From: a virus
Taxonomy: Duplodnaviria > Heunggongvirae > Uroviricota > Caudoviricetes
Virus record (IMG/VR): IMGVR_UViG_2529292911_000009
DNA length: 44,421 nt
Strand: one strand, 5' to 3'
Shown: positions 11,049-20,724 of the stretch, one piece after another
How the letters are laid out: every line of letters starts with the position of its first letter
How positions within the stretch are numbered: the stretch's first letter is position 1
Translations under genes and position numbers: made by a program
The notes under the pieces: model-generated
The model's input: the letters and a program-made list of their open reading frames with translations, nothing else
Told to the model about the DNA's origin: nothing
The model's database searches: none

Positions 11049-14000
11049 CCCGACGCGATGACTGCATAATTGACACAACCCTGCTGTCGATCAGATCCAC
11101 CAGTCCCCTGGCTGAGCGCGCATCTATCTCGCCATTGCTCCCTTGATTCTGAATGCTGATGTGATACACGGGAGAATAAACAAATCCACCGCCACCATTC
11201 ACATTTCCAATGGCCCTGACCCCAAGAGAGCCGTCCGCTGCCCGTGTCAGTGGCATGATTGCTTCAGGCCCGGCCTCGCCCATCAACCCGGCACCTTTCG
11301 CAAAAGCAAAATACGTCGGTGTATCCACAATAGTGTTACTGTAAGCACTCAGATTTGCCGATGTGTAAACACCACCTTTTGCGTTTGCCACTGCCCCCGA
11401 AATCCATCCGCCGACCGTACCAAGCCACCCTCCGGCACCGGAGAGTGATTTCAGTCCGTTAACAATGGCTGCATTCATCAGAATTTTTGAAACTTCCCGG
11501 AGAACTGAACTCCCCCAGTTCCTCCAGTCCACAACATTCCCGGCCAGTGCATCGGAAATATTTGATACCAGCCCGTCCATCGTGGAAACGACAGCATCTG
11601 CCGCCTGTGAAGCATAATCGGTGGCACTGTCTGCCCAGTTGGTCAGTCCCTCCTGGAGTCCGGCATTCCAGTTATTACGTAAAGCATCGGCCTTTGCATA
11701 ATAATCCTGCTGATCGCTGAGACGCTCTTCCAGATATTTTTTATTCAGTTCTTTCTCCTGTTTCCACAGAGCTTCTTCAATTTCTCCGGCCTGATACTGT
11801 CTCAGCAGCTCGTTATTTTTCTGCTCAAACGCCTGCCGGATACTCCACATTTCCTGGAGTCGTTCACGCATCCGTGAGCCTTCACCATATCCCAGCAACT
11901 GCGCTTCGTCAGATGCCCGGGCACTGGCATTACTGTCCGCCAGACTGCTCTCATACGCAGCAAGCTGCTCACGAATCTTTTTCTGGTCGATGAGTGCTGC
12001 ATTCTGCAAAAGCGTTTTTTTCTGCGCTTCTGACAGGGTTGATAATTCGCCCTGACTGACCTGATATTTCATCTTAGCCAGTTCAGTATTCTGCCCTGCC
12101 AGTGCTATTTGTTCTTTTTGCTGTTTAATCAGCCGTTTATAAATATCTTCTGTTTTTTCCGCTTCGGTCTTTTTATGCGCTTTGGGTTTATTTGCCTGGT
12201 TATTTCGCCAGGCATCCAGTGAGTTATTGATATAATTCTGTCTGGCTGTCTGATACGCCTCTCCCACAAAGCCGAGATCATCCGCAGCATAACCCAGGCG
12301 GGCACGCTCACGGGCTTCCCCCTTCAGGCGGGACAGAGCCAGTTCGCGCTCACTGTTATTCAGTGCGGCCTGCTGTTTATCATCCAGGGTTGCCTGTGGT
12401 AGCCGTAACGGTACATTCACCAGCCCCTGTCGCTGCTGAAGTAATTCATTACCGAGCCCGAGAAGGCGATTAAACTCGGTATGCTGCCCATTCATGATCA
12501 ACAGGGACTGATACGCTTTGTTTTGTTCCGCGGCCTGTTGACGGATCAACGCCACCCGTCGCTCCTCCAGCCCGGCAAGCACATCCTGAATGGATTGCGC
12601 TTTGCCCTGCATTTGTGTGAGACGGGACTGTTCAACTGCCAGTTGATTTGTTGCTTCTGCAAGCCCTTCTGTGACAGTTTTTACCGACGTCATGTGGTTA
12701 ATCATAAAACCGTTATCGGTTGTCCAGCCCGGGTTTGCCAGCACATACTGATAGCCAGCAATTTTTTCCTGTAAGGATTTAATCTTACTTTTCTGCTCGT
12801 CAATTAACCTGTTTTGCTCATCAAGTGCCTGCCGCGTCTTTTCCTCATTATCTGACGCTTCAGGAAGCGACATTGCCGACGTTTTCTGGCGAATTTCGTC
12901 GATTGTTGCGGCATACTGGCGTGCAGATTCTCTGGCCTGCTCCTGATTCTGATACATCGTGTACCAGGCCGTCGCCCCCAGCATGACGAGTCCCGGCACA
13001 CCACCAACCAACCCCAGCGCACCACTTAACAGACGACTCCCCACTGACGTGACAGTATTCAGCGTTGTCTGTGCCGCTGTTCTGGCCGCAATATTACGGG
13101 TAAGTGACGCCTGGGCAGCTGTCAGCTTCGCTTCTGCTGCGGCCTGCCTTTCGGTACCGCGAGCAGCAACAACCGCCTGTTGCGCACGATAAACCGCCGC
13201 ACGCGCCCTGGCGGTTGCTATCTGTGTCCCCCGAAGTTGCGCTTCAGCAAGAGCCACTTCTTTTCTGGCTGCAGTAATTAATCCGGCAGTTGCAGATCCA
13301 GCAGACGACGCCATATTGCCAAAATATCGGGCTACCCCGACGGCAACCAGTGCGCCAGCTGCAGCAGCCACGGTATCCATATTGTCTGCAACACCATTCA
13401 ACACCCCGGTGAGTGTCTTTGTCACTCCGCTTGCCTCGTTCGCACCACCAACCCAGGCCATAAAGGCGTTTTCAACTTTGGTTGCAGAGGATGAAACAGT
13501 ATCAGGCATTGCTGCATATTCATCACGCAACGCCCCAAGCTGACTAATCAGTGCAGGAACAACCTTATCGGCGGTCAGTTTTCCGTTATCCGCCATGGCC
13601 TTCAGATCCTTACGGGCAACACCCATTCCCGCAGCCAGCGCACGAATAACACGATCGCCGTTCTCATTCACAGAGTTAAATTCTTCACCGCGCAGCACTC
13701 CCTGCGCCAGTGCCTGACTGAACTGCGTGATCACCGAACTGGCTTCTGCTGTACTGGCACCGGATAATTTCAGGCCCGTAGAGATCGCCTCGGTGACTTT
13801 CAGTACCTCCTCAGAACTGTAGCCATACTCCCGCATGGAAGCTGCAGAGCGGGCAAAAAGGCTGGCGTTATCAGAAAACGCCGTTCCCGTTCTCTGGCTG
13901 ATTGCCATTAATTCACGTTGTGATACCTGAAAATCATCACTGGACTGTGAAGCCTGCTTCAGACGGGCATTTACTGAATTCCACTCATCGGCGAGAGAAA

Positions 14001-14259
14001 TAAGATGACCGGTAGCAAAAGCTCCGGCAAATGCCCCCGCCATATTCAGTGCCGAAGATTTAGCTATATTTATCTGATCCGTCACTTCTGCCAGTGCACG
14101 CCGCATTTCACGGGATGCAGCAGCGGACTGCCGGCCTCCGTTCTGCATGGTACGGTAGTAATCCTGCCCCATACGCGAAGCCCGGGAGATCTCTGACTGG
14201 AATGACCGGGAATTTGCCGAGATTTTAATAATCAGTTCACGTAATGTCGCCACACTCAT
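11026..14259 (-). CDS. H: tail tape measure protein (H-like)
   Basis: 1077 aa, long predicted helical Ala/Gln-rich protein between GT and M. Gly-rich C-terminal region. Confidence 0.9.
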   Translation of the reverse strand: MSVATLRELIIKISANSRSFQSEISRASRMGQDYYRTMQNGGRQSAAASREMRRALAEVTDQINIAKSSALNMAGAFAGAFATGHLISLADEWNSVNARLKQASQSSDDFQVSQRELMAISQRTGTAFSDNASLFARSAASMREYGYSSEEVLKVTEAISTGLKLSGASTAEASSVITQFSQALAQGVLRGEEFNSVNENGDRVIRALAAGMGVARKDLKAMADNGKLTADKVVPALISQLGALRDEYAAMPDTVSSSATKVENAFMAWVGGANEASGVTKTLTGVLNGVADNMDTVAAAAGALVAVGVARYFGNMASSAGSATAGLITAARKEVALAEAQLRGTQIATARARAAVYRAQQAVVAARGTERQAAAEAKLTAAQASLTRNIAARTAAQTTLNTVTSVGSRLLSGALGLVGGVPGLVMLGATAWYTMYQNQEQARESARQYAATIDEIRQKTSAMSLPEASDNEEKTRQALDEQNRLIDEQKSKIKSLQEKIAGYQYVLANPGWTTDNGFMINHMTSVKTVTEGLAEATNQLAVEQSRLTQMQGKAQSIQDVLAGLEERRVALIRQQAAEQNKAYQSLLIMNGQHTEFNRLLGLGNELLQQRQGLVNVPLRLPQATLDDKQQAALNNSERELALSRLKGEARERARLGYAADDLGFVGEAYQTARQNYINNSLDAWRNNQANKPKAHKKTEAEKTEDIYKRLIKQQKEQIALAGQNTELAKMKYQVSQGELSTLSEAQKKTLLQNAALIDQKKIREQLAAYESSLADSNASARASDEAQLLGYGEGSRMRERLQEMWSIRQAFEQKNNELLRQYQAGEIEEALWKQEKELNKKYLEERLSDQQDYYAKADALRNNWNAGLQEGLTNWADSATDYASQAADAVVSTMDGLVSNISDALAGNVVDWRNWGSSVLREVSKILMNAAIVNGLKSLSGAGGWLGTVGGWISGAVANAKGGVYTSANLSAYSNTIVDTPTYFAFAKGAGLMGEAGPEAIMPLTRAADGSLGVRAIGNVNGGGGFVYSPVYHISIQNQGSNGEIDARSARGLVDLIDSRVVSIMQSSRRDGGLYSA

Positions 14260-14267
14260 TCTCCGGA

Positions 14268-14291
14268 CGAAAAAAACCGCCGAAGCGGTTA
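14268..14291 (-). terminator. intrinsic terminator-like hairpin between T and H inside the tail operon
   Basis: Minus strand AACCGC-UUCG-GCGGUU hairpin followed by U7, 10 nt after the T stop and directly before the H ribosome-binding site. Confidence 0.6.
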
Positions 14292-14298
14292 TGTTGAC

Positions 14299-14610
14299 TC
14301 ACTGAGACACTATTAAAAGCGCGTTTTCCAGTCCGGCAAATGGATCTGAGACGCCTTCTGTCTGCTCTTGTTCCCACTGAAGAAGCGCATCATTCAGTGG
14401 GACTTTGACACCCTGCGCACCGTAAACCGCAGAAACTATCTGGGCAGCCCGGATATCAGCCCGCTCGTCACCCAGCGGGCTGAACCTGTCAAATTCTGCC
14501 CACATCATGATTTCTGATGCGGACATTTCCCGGCGTAACTCTGACAATGTGCGCCCCATCCTGAGCGCCAGCATCATCAGAAAACGCATCCCCGGAAGCG
14601 CTACTTTTTT
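14299..14610 (-). CDS. T: T segment of the tail assembly chaperone GT fusion, reached by -1 programmed frameshift
   Basis: The -1 frame stays open from the slippery site through to the stop at 14299; no independent start or RBS is needed. Confidence 0.8.
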   Translation of the reverse strand, partial: KKVALPGMRFLMMLALRMGRTLSELRREMSASEIMMWAEFDRFSPLGDERADIRAAQIVSAVYGAQGVKVPLNDALLQWEQEQTEGVSDPFAGLENALLIVSQ

Positions 14611-14987
14611 TTAACCTCGCCGGCATCACTGATCAGTTCCAGAGACTGCCGAAGAAGCCGCGCATGCACCGGGCCATACACGGCAATCACCTGTTCACGA
14701 TCATCCTCTGAAAATACAGGTTGCAGTCCGGTATCACACAGAACATCAATGAATAGTTCAACATCTGCCTCCAGATTTCGGCGGGCGCGCTCCGCAACGG
14801 ATAACGGTGTCTCATCATCTTTTGCTTTAACGATCTCCTGCCAGCGCAACCAGGCTTCTGCAGAAGGTTCCCGTAATACAACCGTTGCCCCTTCCCATTC
14901 AGGCACATCAACAGTTTTATGGCGAAACCCCGACATCGTTGCCAGTGCCAGATTGCGGATATTTTTAGTCATCACATCTATCCTCAT
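14601..14987 (-). CDS. G: tail assembly chaperone G
   Basis: 128 aa acidic protein directly downstream of the major tail gene, ending EVKKK at the slippery site. Confidence 0.85.
   Translation of the reverse strand: MRIDVMTKNIRNLALATMSGFRHKTVDVPEWEGATVVLREPSAEAWLRWQEIVKAKDDETPLSVAERARRNLEADVELFIDVLCDTGLQPVFSEDDREQVIAVYGPVHARLLRQSLELISDAGEVKKK
14604..14612 (-). other. slippery heptamer A_AAA_AAG for -1 programmed ribosomal frameshift (G to GT)
   Basis: mRNA reads GAG GUU AAA AAA AAG UAG; shifting -1 on A AAA AAG continues into the T frame. Confidence 0.8.
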
Positions 14988-15691
14988 TAACTGACGGTAA
15001 CAGTGCAGGAAGTGGAGGTCACCTTGTTAACAGGGCTTGCTGAATCAGAAATCTCGCAGGTATACGCACCGGCATCACCTGATGCTGCTGATGCCTTACT
15101 GAATGTTGCCGCCGTCTGTCCGGAAACAGGAGAACTACCTTTCTTCCAGACATAAGAATAAGGCGGCACACCACCGGCAGCCTCAACCACCATTTCGAGT
15201 TTCGCTCCGGCAGAAACCTGCAGCGTGCTGTTTAAATCGACCTTCACTTTCAGCGGCTCTGTCGTCAGCACAGGTTTACCTTTCAGGCGCAGGGAAAACG
15301 TTGCAGCCACAACACCATTAGTTCCTGCAGACCAGGTATGCTGACGCACCTCTGCCATAAAGGTAAATCCGTTGCCTGACGGAAAAATAACTTTAAAGCC
15401 ATACGTGGTGTCATTGTCATAGGCACTGCGCAACGCGTTCTGGGCAGCATTGAGGTAAAAGTTGCCTGACATGGAAATCTCTGACGCGGCACCAAGGCCG
15501 TTAATATTTTCCTGCTCAACAGAACACAGCGTGGTGACATCAATATCCTGCTTTTGTCCTGCGGTAAACTGCACCTCTTTGATTGTACAGCTCAGGCCAA
15601 GATAGCTGGCAGAATCCAGGGTTTCTGCTGTTACCGGTGCAGACGAAATCATAATTTTCGTCAGTTGCGAACGCTCAAAATTAGAGGACAT
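14987..15691 (-). CDS. V: major tail tube protein with C-terminal Ig-like domain (V-like)
   Basis: Position upstream of G/GT/H. C-terminal Ig-like segment (TSTSCTVTVS). Start set at MSSNF (AGGAGA RBS); the upstream ORF-track extension translates the terminator hairpin. Confidence 0.8.
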   Translation of the reverse strand: MSSNFERSQLTKIMISSAPVTAETLDSASYLGLSCTIKEVQFTAGQKQDIDVTTLCSVEQENINGLGAASEISMSGNFYLNAAQNALRSAYDNDTTYGFKVIFPSGNGFTFMAEVRQHTWSAGTNGVVAATFSLRLKGKPVLTTEPLKVKVDLNSTLQVSAGAKLEMVVEAAGGVPPYSYVWKKGSSPVSGQTAATFSKASAASGDAGAYTCEISDSASPVNKVTSTSCTVTVS

Positions 15692-15702
15692 ACTCGTCTC
15701 CT

Positions 15703-15730
15703 GAAAATAAAAAACCCGCCAGCGGCGGGT
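15703..15730 (-). terminator. intrinsic terminator-like hairpin upstream of the major tail gene
   Basis: Minus strand acccgccgctggcgggt hairpin followed by TTTTTTATTTT, then RBS and V start. Confidence 0.55.
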
Positions 15731-15750
15731 GGGTAAAATCATTAACGACC

Positions 15751-16095
15751 TCAGGCTATTACCTGAAATTCAAGCGTGGCTCTGCTCAGACGGGAATCAG
15801 GATCATAACCCTGAGTTTTAGAAATAACGGAGGGTGCAAGTTGCCTTACCGCATCAAGCGCCTGCTCACGGATATCATCTGCGTCATCAGGTACTGTTGC
15901 CCAGACATCGATCTGCACGGTAATTCTGGATTCAGCCTGACCATCAAGCACATCAGACGCAGTGTCAGACACCACAGAAAATACCAGCCATGGCGGAGAT
16001 ACCGCAGGCTTTCCCTCCGTCAGCGGGACCACATAAGGATAAACCTGTCCTCCGGCCAGTTGAGACAGCAGGGAATACAGTGTGGTCTCTCTCAT
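15751..16095 (-). CDS. tail terminator / tail completion protein (U-like position)
   Basis: 114 aa, position immediately upstream of the major tail gene; start overlaps the upstream gene stop. Assignment by synteny only. Confidence 0.55.
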   Translation of the reverse strand: MRETTLYSLLSQLAGGQVYPYVVPLTEGKPAVSPPWLVFSVVSDTASDVLDGQAESRITVQIDVWATVPDDADDIREQALDAVRQLAPSVISKTQGYDPDSRLSRATLEFQVIA

Positions 16096-16541
16096 TTACT
16101 TAAGACCTCATCAATAGCCTGATTCATTCGCTGTATGGCAATCTGTGCTGCCAGTTCCTCTGTCGTATCGAAAGCCGGGCGAATGAACGGATGCGCGGGC
16201 ATGTTTATCGTTCCCAGCTCCACAAAGCGCCAGTAAAACGCATTTCGGGGATCACTGGCTTTCATGCTGTTATCACTGTTTCCGGTTCGCAGGTTCCGTC
16301 CACGAATGTGGACACCCGAGATAATTTCCCCCCGACGCTTTGAACGCTGAGTGAGAACAACCACATTTTTCTTCAGTTTCCCGGTTCGCTCCGGCGCACG
16401 TTCAACAACTGCATCCCGCATAACTTCAGCACCGGCACGGGTGGCATCGCGCAGTACCTTATTGTTTTCTGCCCTGCTGAGCGTCTCCAGATCCCGTGCA
16501 ATATCCGCCAGACCTGAAAAATCAAGACTGAAATCCATCAC
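16092..16541 (-). CDS. HK97 gp10-family head-tail joining protein
   Basis: 149 aa; pattern PERTGKLKKN...GTINMPAHPFIRPA recalled as typical of the HK97 gp10 family. Syntenic position. Confidence 0.65.
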   Translation of the reverse strand: MMDFSLDFSGLADIARDLETLSRAENNKVLRDATRAGAEVMRDAVVERAPERTGKLKKNVVVLTQRSKRRGEIISGVHIRGRNLRTGNSDNSMKASDPRNAFYWRFVELGTINMPAHPFIRPAFDTTEELAAQIAIQRMNQAIDEVLSK

Positions 16542-16876
16542 ACATTCCCCTTCTGAGAACAGAGTATCTCAAGCCGTGTGGCACGAGCATCCGGTATCGG
16601 CGGACCGTCTATACTCAGAATCGCGCCTTTGAATGCACCAGTCAGCACTTTCAGACATGAAGTTGCTGTTACATCTCGCCGGAATCTCATCCAGACCCTC
16701 ACTGTAGCCTGAGCAGTTTCTGCGCCTCCGGATATTCTCTCCCTGCCACTGATCCCCTTAACTTCTGCCCATATGGTTGCCCCCTCCGTCATTGTTTCCA
16801 CAGGGTGCCCTGACGGAGACCGAACGGTGGTGGCATTCAGAATAACCACACGATCACGTAATCTTCCTGCCTGCAT
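16538..16876 (-). CDS. head closure / head-tail adaptor protein
   Basis: 112 aa, between connector and gp10-like gene; overlapping stop/start coupling. Confidence 0.6.
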   Translation of the reverse strand: MQAGRLRDRVVILNATTVRSPSGHPVETMTEGATIWAEVKGISGRERISGGAETAQATVRVWMRFRRDVTATSCLKVLTGAFKGAILSIDGPPIPDARATRLEILCSQKGNV

Positions 16877-16884
16877 GAATCCTC

Positions 16885-17190
16885 CTATGTTCCGGGATGA
16901 AATCGATACATCCGCAGTCCGGTATAGAAAAAATCAGGCACTGCATCCTGCATTTCCCTGTTCTCGTACCAGTAGCCAACCAGTTGCATAAGACGCAGTT
17001 TTATCAGAGGTGTTATTACAAGCCCGGTCGTATCCTGCTCAGAAACAGTTTCATCGTAAAGCGTCCGGTTTAAAAACTTTTCAGCCTCTTCCCTGGCAGC
17101 AGCCAGATACATCATAAGAAGAGAATTCTCCTGTTCATTGTCATCATCAATCCGGCACTGAACACGAAGCTCTTCCAGAGTGGGCATCAT
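16885..17190 (-). CDS. head-tail connector protein (gp6-like)
   Basis: 101 aa acidic protein after the major capsid gene; typical size and position. Confidence 0.6.
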   Translation of the reverse strand: MMPTLEELRVQCRIDDDNEQENSLLMMYLAAAREEAEKFLNRTLYDETVSEQDTTGLVITPLIKLRLMQLVGYWYENREMQDAVPDFFYTGLRMYRFHPGT

Positions 17191-17201
17191 TTGGGCAACC
17201 T

Positions 17202-17390
17202 CTATGAATGCTGTTTTTTAGACTTATCAGCCCCCCGCGCAACAGGTGTTCTCTTATCAGAGACAATCCCAGCTGCAGTGGCAATTTCGCGTACCCGTTC
17301 GGGTAATTCTTTATCTTCATACTCACCGGCCCGAATAATCTCAACACGCATACCGTCCGGTGACCATTTCAGATCTTGTTTCAGGATCAT
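17202..17390 (-). CDS. small hypothetical protein in head module
   Basis: 62 aa ORF fitting exactly between capsid and connector genes, with AGGTGA RBS 7 nt before the ATG. Confidence 0.5.
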   Translation of the reverse strand: MILKQDLKWSPDGMRVEIIRAGEYEDKELPERVREIATAAGIVSDKRTPVARGADKSKKQHS

Positions 17391-17441
17391 GATTCTTTCA
17401 CCTGTCAGAACAGGGGGCGCACTTCTGCGCCCCCTGAATGA

Positions 17442-18647
17442 TTACGCCGCTGCAATCTTCAGCAGTTTGATGGCCTGCGAATCGACCAGCATGCCGCCGG
17501 TGCGCTTGGTGGTATAAAAACCGACAAACGGTTTATTGGTGTACGGGTCACGCAGAATGCGGGTACCGATACGGTCAACGATGGTGTAACCCCGTTTGAA
17601 GTTACCAAATGCAATGGCTTTCGCATCAGCGGCAATATCCGGCATCTGTTCGTTTTCAGCGATAGCGTAACCCGCCAGAGAGGACGGCTGCCCCAGCTCC
17701 AGCCCCGGACGCCACAGATAGTTACCCTCACTGTCTTTCAGCAGACGGATGGCAAACAGACTGTTGTTGTTCATCATGAACTTCGCGCCAGTGCGGTGTG
17801 CCTTACGCAGCGTGTAAATCAGTTTGATAATGGCATCTGCGGTCACCGCCGTCGCTTCGCCGGATACAATATGCTGAAGTTTGCCGAACGCCCGGACCTT
17901 GTCTGTTTCATCCGTGGACTCATACGCCAGGAACCCTTTCGGCTTCTTGGTACCATCGCCGGTGGTAAAGGCAATTTCTTCCTGTTCGGCAAATTCGGTT
18001 GCCAGCTCGCTGTTGATCCATGCTTCCACGTTGAAAAAGGCATCATCCAGCATTTTCTGGGTGGCCTGCGGGTTACCGTAGATTTCCCCCATGAAAGGTT
18101 CAATCAGGCCCAGTTTTGAGGTGGCAGTCTGGGAGCGCGCGTCAGTCTCGCCAACCCATCCGGAAGCCGTGCCGCCCAGATTCACCAGTTTTTTGTAGTC
18201 GGAACCACCAACGCTGATCACCGTGGCTTCCTGGCGCATCACCACTTCATCTTTCAGCAGGGTGAGAATGTTGCGATCCAGTGCTTCCGGCACGGCATAG
18301 CCGCCGTCTTCATCGGTGCCCACCTGTAATGCCTTGCGCTCCAGATCGCGCAGACCATCTTCACGGCCTTTACGCAGGAAGCCCACAAACGCTTCTTTAT
18401 GCTCGGTGGCCAGTTTATTTTGCGCACCACCTGCCGGACGTTTCAGCTCAAGCAGCTCTTTTTCAAGATCGCTTTTGAGGTTTTCCAGCTCGCTGAGTTT
18501 CCCGTTCAGGGTTTCCACCTGCCCGGCAAGTTTGCCTTTTTCCTGCTCAATCGCATCCACGCGCTTGTCGTTCTTTGCTTTGAAGTCGTCAAACTTCTGC
18601 TGCAGCTCCTGCGCGACCTGTTCGACATCTTTAATATCAACCGCCAT
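17442..18647 (-). CDS. major capsid protein, HK97 fold, with N-terminal delta (scaffold-like) domain
   Basis: 401 aa. N-terminal roughly 100 aa predicted coiled coil, then a capsid-like body. Follows the protease gene. Confidence 0.9.
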   Translation of the reverse strand: MAVDIKDVEQVAQELQQKFDDFKAKNDKRVDAIEQEKGKLAGQVETLNGKLSELENLKSDLEKELLELKRPAGGAQNKLATEHKEAFVGFLRKGREDGLRDLERKALQVGTDEDGGYAVPEALDRNILTLLKDEVVMRQEATVISVGGSDYKKLVNLGGTASGWVGETDARSQTATSKLGLIEPFMGEIYGNPQATQKMLDDAFFNVEAWINSELATEFAEQEEIAFTTGDGTKKPKGFLAYESTDETDKVRAFGKLQHIVSGEATAVTADAIIKLIYTLRKAHRTGAKFMMNNNSLFAIRLLKDSEGNYLWRPGLELGQPSSLAGYAIAENEQMPDIAADAKAIAFGNFKRGYTIVDRIGTRILRDPYTNKPFVGFYTTKRTGGMLVDSQAIKLLKIAAA

Positions 18648-18661
18648 CGTATTTCTCCTGA

Positions 18662-19348
18662 TTAGAAGTTTAGATTTTTCAGTGCATTCAGTGCAGAGCC
18701 CACATCCTCAGCGTCGCGCAGGGACAGTGCGCCATAGCCCCCGGCCATGAATGCTTTGGCCTGGGTACGGGAGAGTCCGACATCACGCAGGACTCTTTCG
18801 ATTTTTTTCTGTTCGGGGATTTCCCCGCGGGCCAGTGCGTTCTTGACGTCGCTGATCCGCGCCTCGTCGTTAGACGGGAACGTCACCAGGCTGACTTCCC
18901 AGAGGTCGATTTCTTTCAGCAGAAAGGCTTCTTTGCTCCGGTCGTATTCCCAGTCTTTCAGGACGTACCCAATAGAAAGGCCGGTTAACGAACCGGCCTT
19001 CATGTGTGCATGTGCGCGTTTTGCGAGGGGATCATCATCAATAAGCAACCGTCCCCTGACGTAAAGCCCGACATCGTCTTCCTTCATTTCGGTGTAAACA
19101 CCGATGGGTTCATCCATGCGGTGCTGCCAGAGCAGCGCAGGTAACGCTTTTCTGTCACTCCACGCCCGCAGTGAAGCAGCAAATGCCCCGGACATCACCA
19201 CATCATCGTGGCTGTCCTTTACACCAAAGACGGAGCCATACCCTTCAAACTCACCGGAGTCACTGACAGATTTCAGACTCAGCGGTACATCAAGACGTTG
19301 TTTCGTCTGCATTGGCGTTATCCTTCTGCTTACCGGCTTTACTGCCAT
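18662..19348 (-). CDS. prohead maturation protease (HK97 gp4-like)
   Basis: Between portal and capsid genes. Start uncertain (19348 or 19312); overlaps the portal 3' end. Confidence 0.8.
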   Translation of the reverse strand: MAVKPVSRRITPMQTKQRLDVPLSLKSVSDSGEFEGYGSVFGVKDSHDDVVMSGAFAASLRAWSDRKALPALLWQHRMDEPIGVYTEMKEDDVGLYVRGRLLIDDDPLAKRAHAHMKAGSLTGLSIGYVLKDWEYDRSKEAFLLKEIDLWEVSLVTFPSNDEARISDVKNALARGEIPEQKKIERVLRDVGLSRTQAKAFMAGGYGALSLRDAEDVGSALNALKNLNF

Positions 19349-20531
19349 CGGATGGTTTCGTGGTCATGTTCATCGGTGTGAGATAGACATCCCCACCGGG
19401 ACGCGGATTCATATCTTCCAGGTCGCGGCAGTCATTGGGAGAGTAAATTCCCCAGTTGATCCCGGTGGCGTAGGCTTCAAAACGGGACTTCATATCCCCG
19501 CGCAGTAACGCCCCGGCGTTAAATTTGGCGTAATAAACGCCCTGCTTACTTTTTCGTACCAGTCCGGTGTTGATCCGCTGTTCGATGCGGGTCAGATACG
19601 GCACCAGTGAATAGTTGATAAATCCCAGCCCCAGCTCTTCGATATTGTTGAAGGTGGCGCGATCGGTGTTCTGCACCATGTGCAACGGCACCCGGAACAG
19701 ACGACAGATTTCTTCAAGCTGAAACTTGCGGGTTTCCAGGAACTGGCTGTCCTCGGCGTTCAGCGCCATCGACTTCCAGTCCAGCCCCATCTCAAGGATC
19801 ATCGGGCGGTGAGCATTGCCAAGCCCGGTGTGACGCTCCTCAAAATCTTTCTTCAGGCGCTCATAAGCCTGATCCGACAGCGTCTGTTCTGTACGCAACA
19901 CACCGGACGTCACCGCACCATTGCTGAACAGTCTGGCCCCGTGCTCTTCGGTCGCTGCTGCCAGCGATATTGCCTCGCGGGCATAGGCGATGGGATTCAG
20001 TCCCACCAGACCGTCCAGCGTCAGCGTGCGCACATGCCAGATATCTTCCTGGCTCAGTACATCCGTGGAACCGTCCGGGAATGTGACCTGATAGACCGGC
20101 TCCCAGCGACTGTTAAGCTTCGGTACCACACAACCGGGATCGACGGGCAGCAGTTCAGCCACTTCGCCAAATGCTTTCACTTTGTAGGCGTAAAAGTTTC
20201 CCCTCAGGCACAGACAGGTGACCACCAGCTCCCAGAACTCCTGCGGCGTCATATAGCCATTGGGATGCGTGGAGATCAGCTTATGCAGACGTTCGCCGGT
20301 GGCTCTCTGTTTCAGGCTGCCGTTCAGGTGATACAGATTGCAGGGCAACATCCCGACCGACTCTGCTAGCACTCTGACGCAGGAAAAAACCGCCGTCAGT
20401 CGCATGGCCCGCTGACTGCTGATCTGCTTTCCGGTATAGGTGTCGTAAGACAACCCGATGGCATCCGCCAGCTCTGCTGGCGTGGTCACCGGCGCGTCAC
20501 TTTTTCGTTGAAATAATCCCGAAAAGAACAC
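19290..20531 (-). CDS. portal protein (HK97 family)
   Basis: 413 aa, directly downstream of terminase large subunit; acidic C-terminal tail. Confidence 0.85.
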   Translation of the reverse strand: MFFSGLFQRKSDAPVTTPAELADAIGLSYDTYTGKQISSQRAMRLTAVFSCVRVLAESVGMLPCNLYHLNGSLKQRATGERLHKLISTHPNGYMTPQEFWELVVTCLCLRGNFYAYKVKAFGEVAELLPVDPGCVVPKLNSRWEPVYQVTFPDGSTDVLSQEDIWHVRTLTLDGLVGLNPIAYAREAISLAAATEEHGARLFSNGAVTSGVLRTEQTLSDQAYERLKKDFEERHTGLGNAHRPMILEMGLDWKSMALNAEDSQFLETRKFQLEEICRLFRVPLHMVQNTDRATFNNIEELGLGFINYSLVPYLTRIEQRINTGLVRKSKQGVYYAKFNAGALLRGDMKSRFEAYATGINWGIYSPNDCRDLEDMNPRPGGDVYLTPMNMTTKPSDGSKAGKQKDNANADETTS

Positions 20532-20713
20532 TATTTACCTCCGCCGACAGACGGCTGTGTACGGTCGAGATATCGCGCCACCAGCCACGACCAGAACAGG
20601 CACAGCACCCCGGCAACAACAAAACCCGCCGGGGGATAAATCAGCCAGGCACCATACGCCAGCAAAAGCGCACCCAGCACGCCCACCAGTGGCGCGAGAA
20701 TTATCAGAAACAT
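20531..20713 (-). CDS. small two-helix membrane protein
   Basis: 60 aa, two hydrophobic segments, GAGG RBS, packed tightly between TerL stop and portal start. Confidence 0.5.
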   Translation of the reverse strand: MFLIILAPLVGVLGALLLAYGAWLIYPPAGFVVAGVLCLFWSWLVARYLDRTQPSVGGGK

Positions 20714-20724
20714 AATGACCTCGG

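Noticed and set aside
14687-14994. ORFs 14687..14911 (minus) and 14749..14994 (plus) overlapping the G gene
   Set aside because: Alternative frames within the G chaperone gene; the G frame is supported by synteny and the slippery site.
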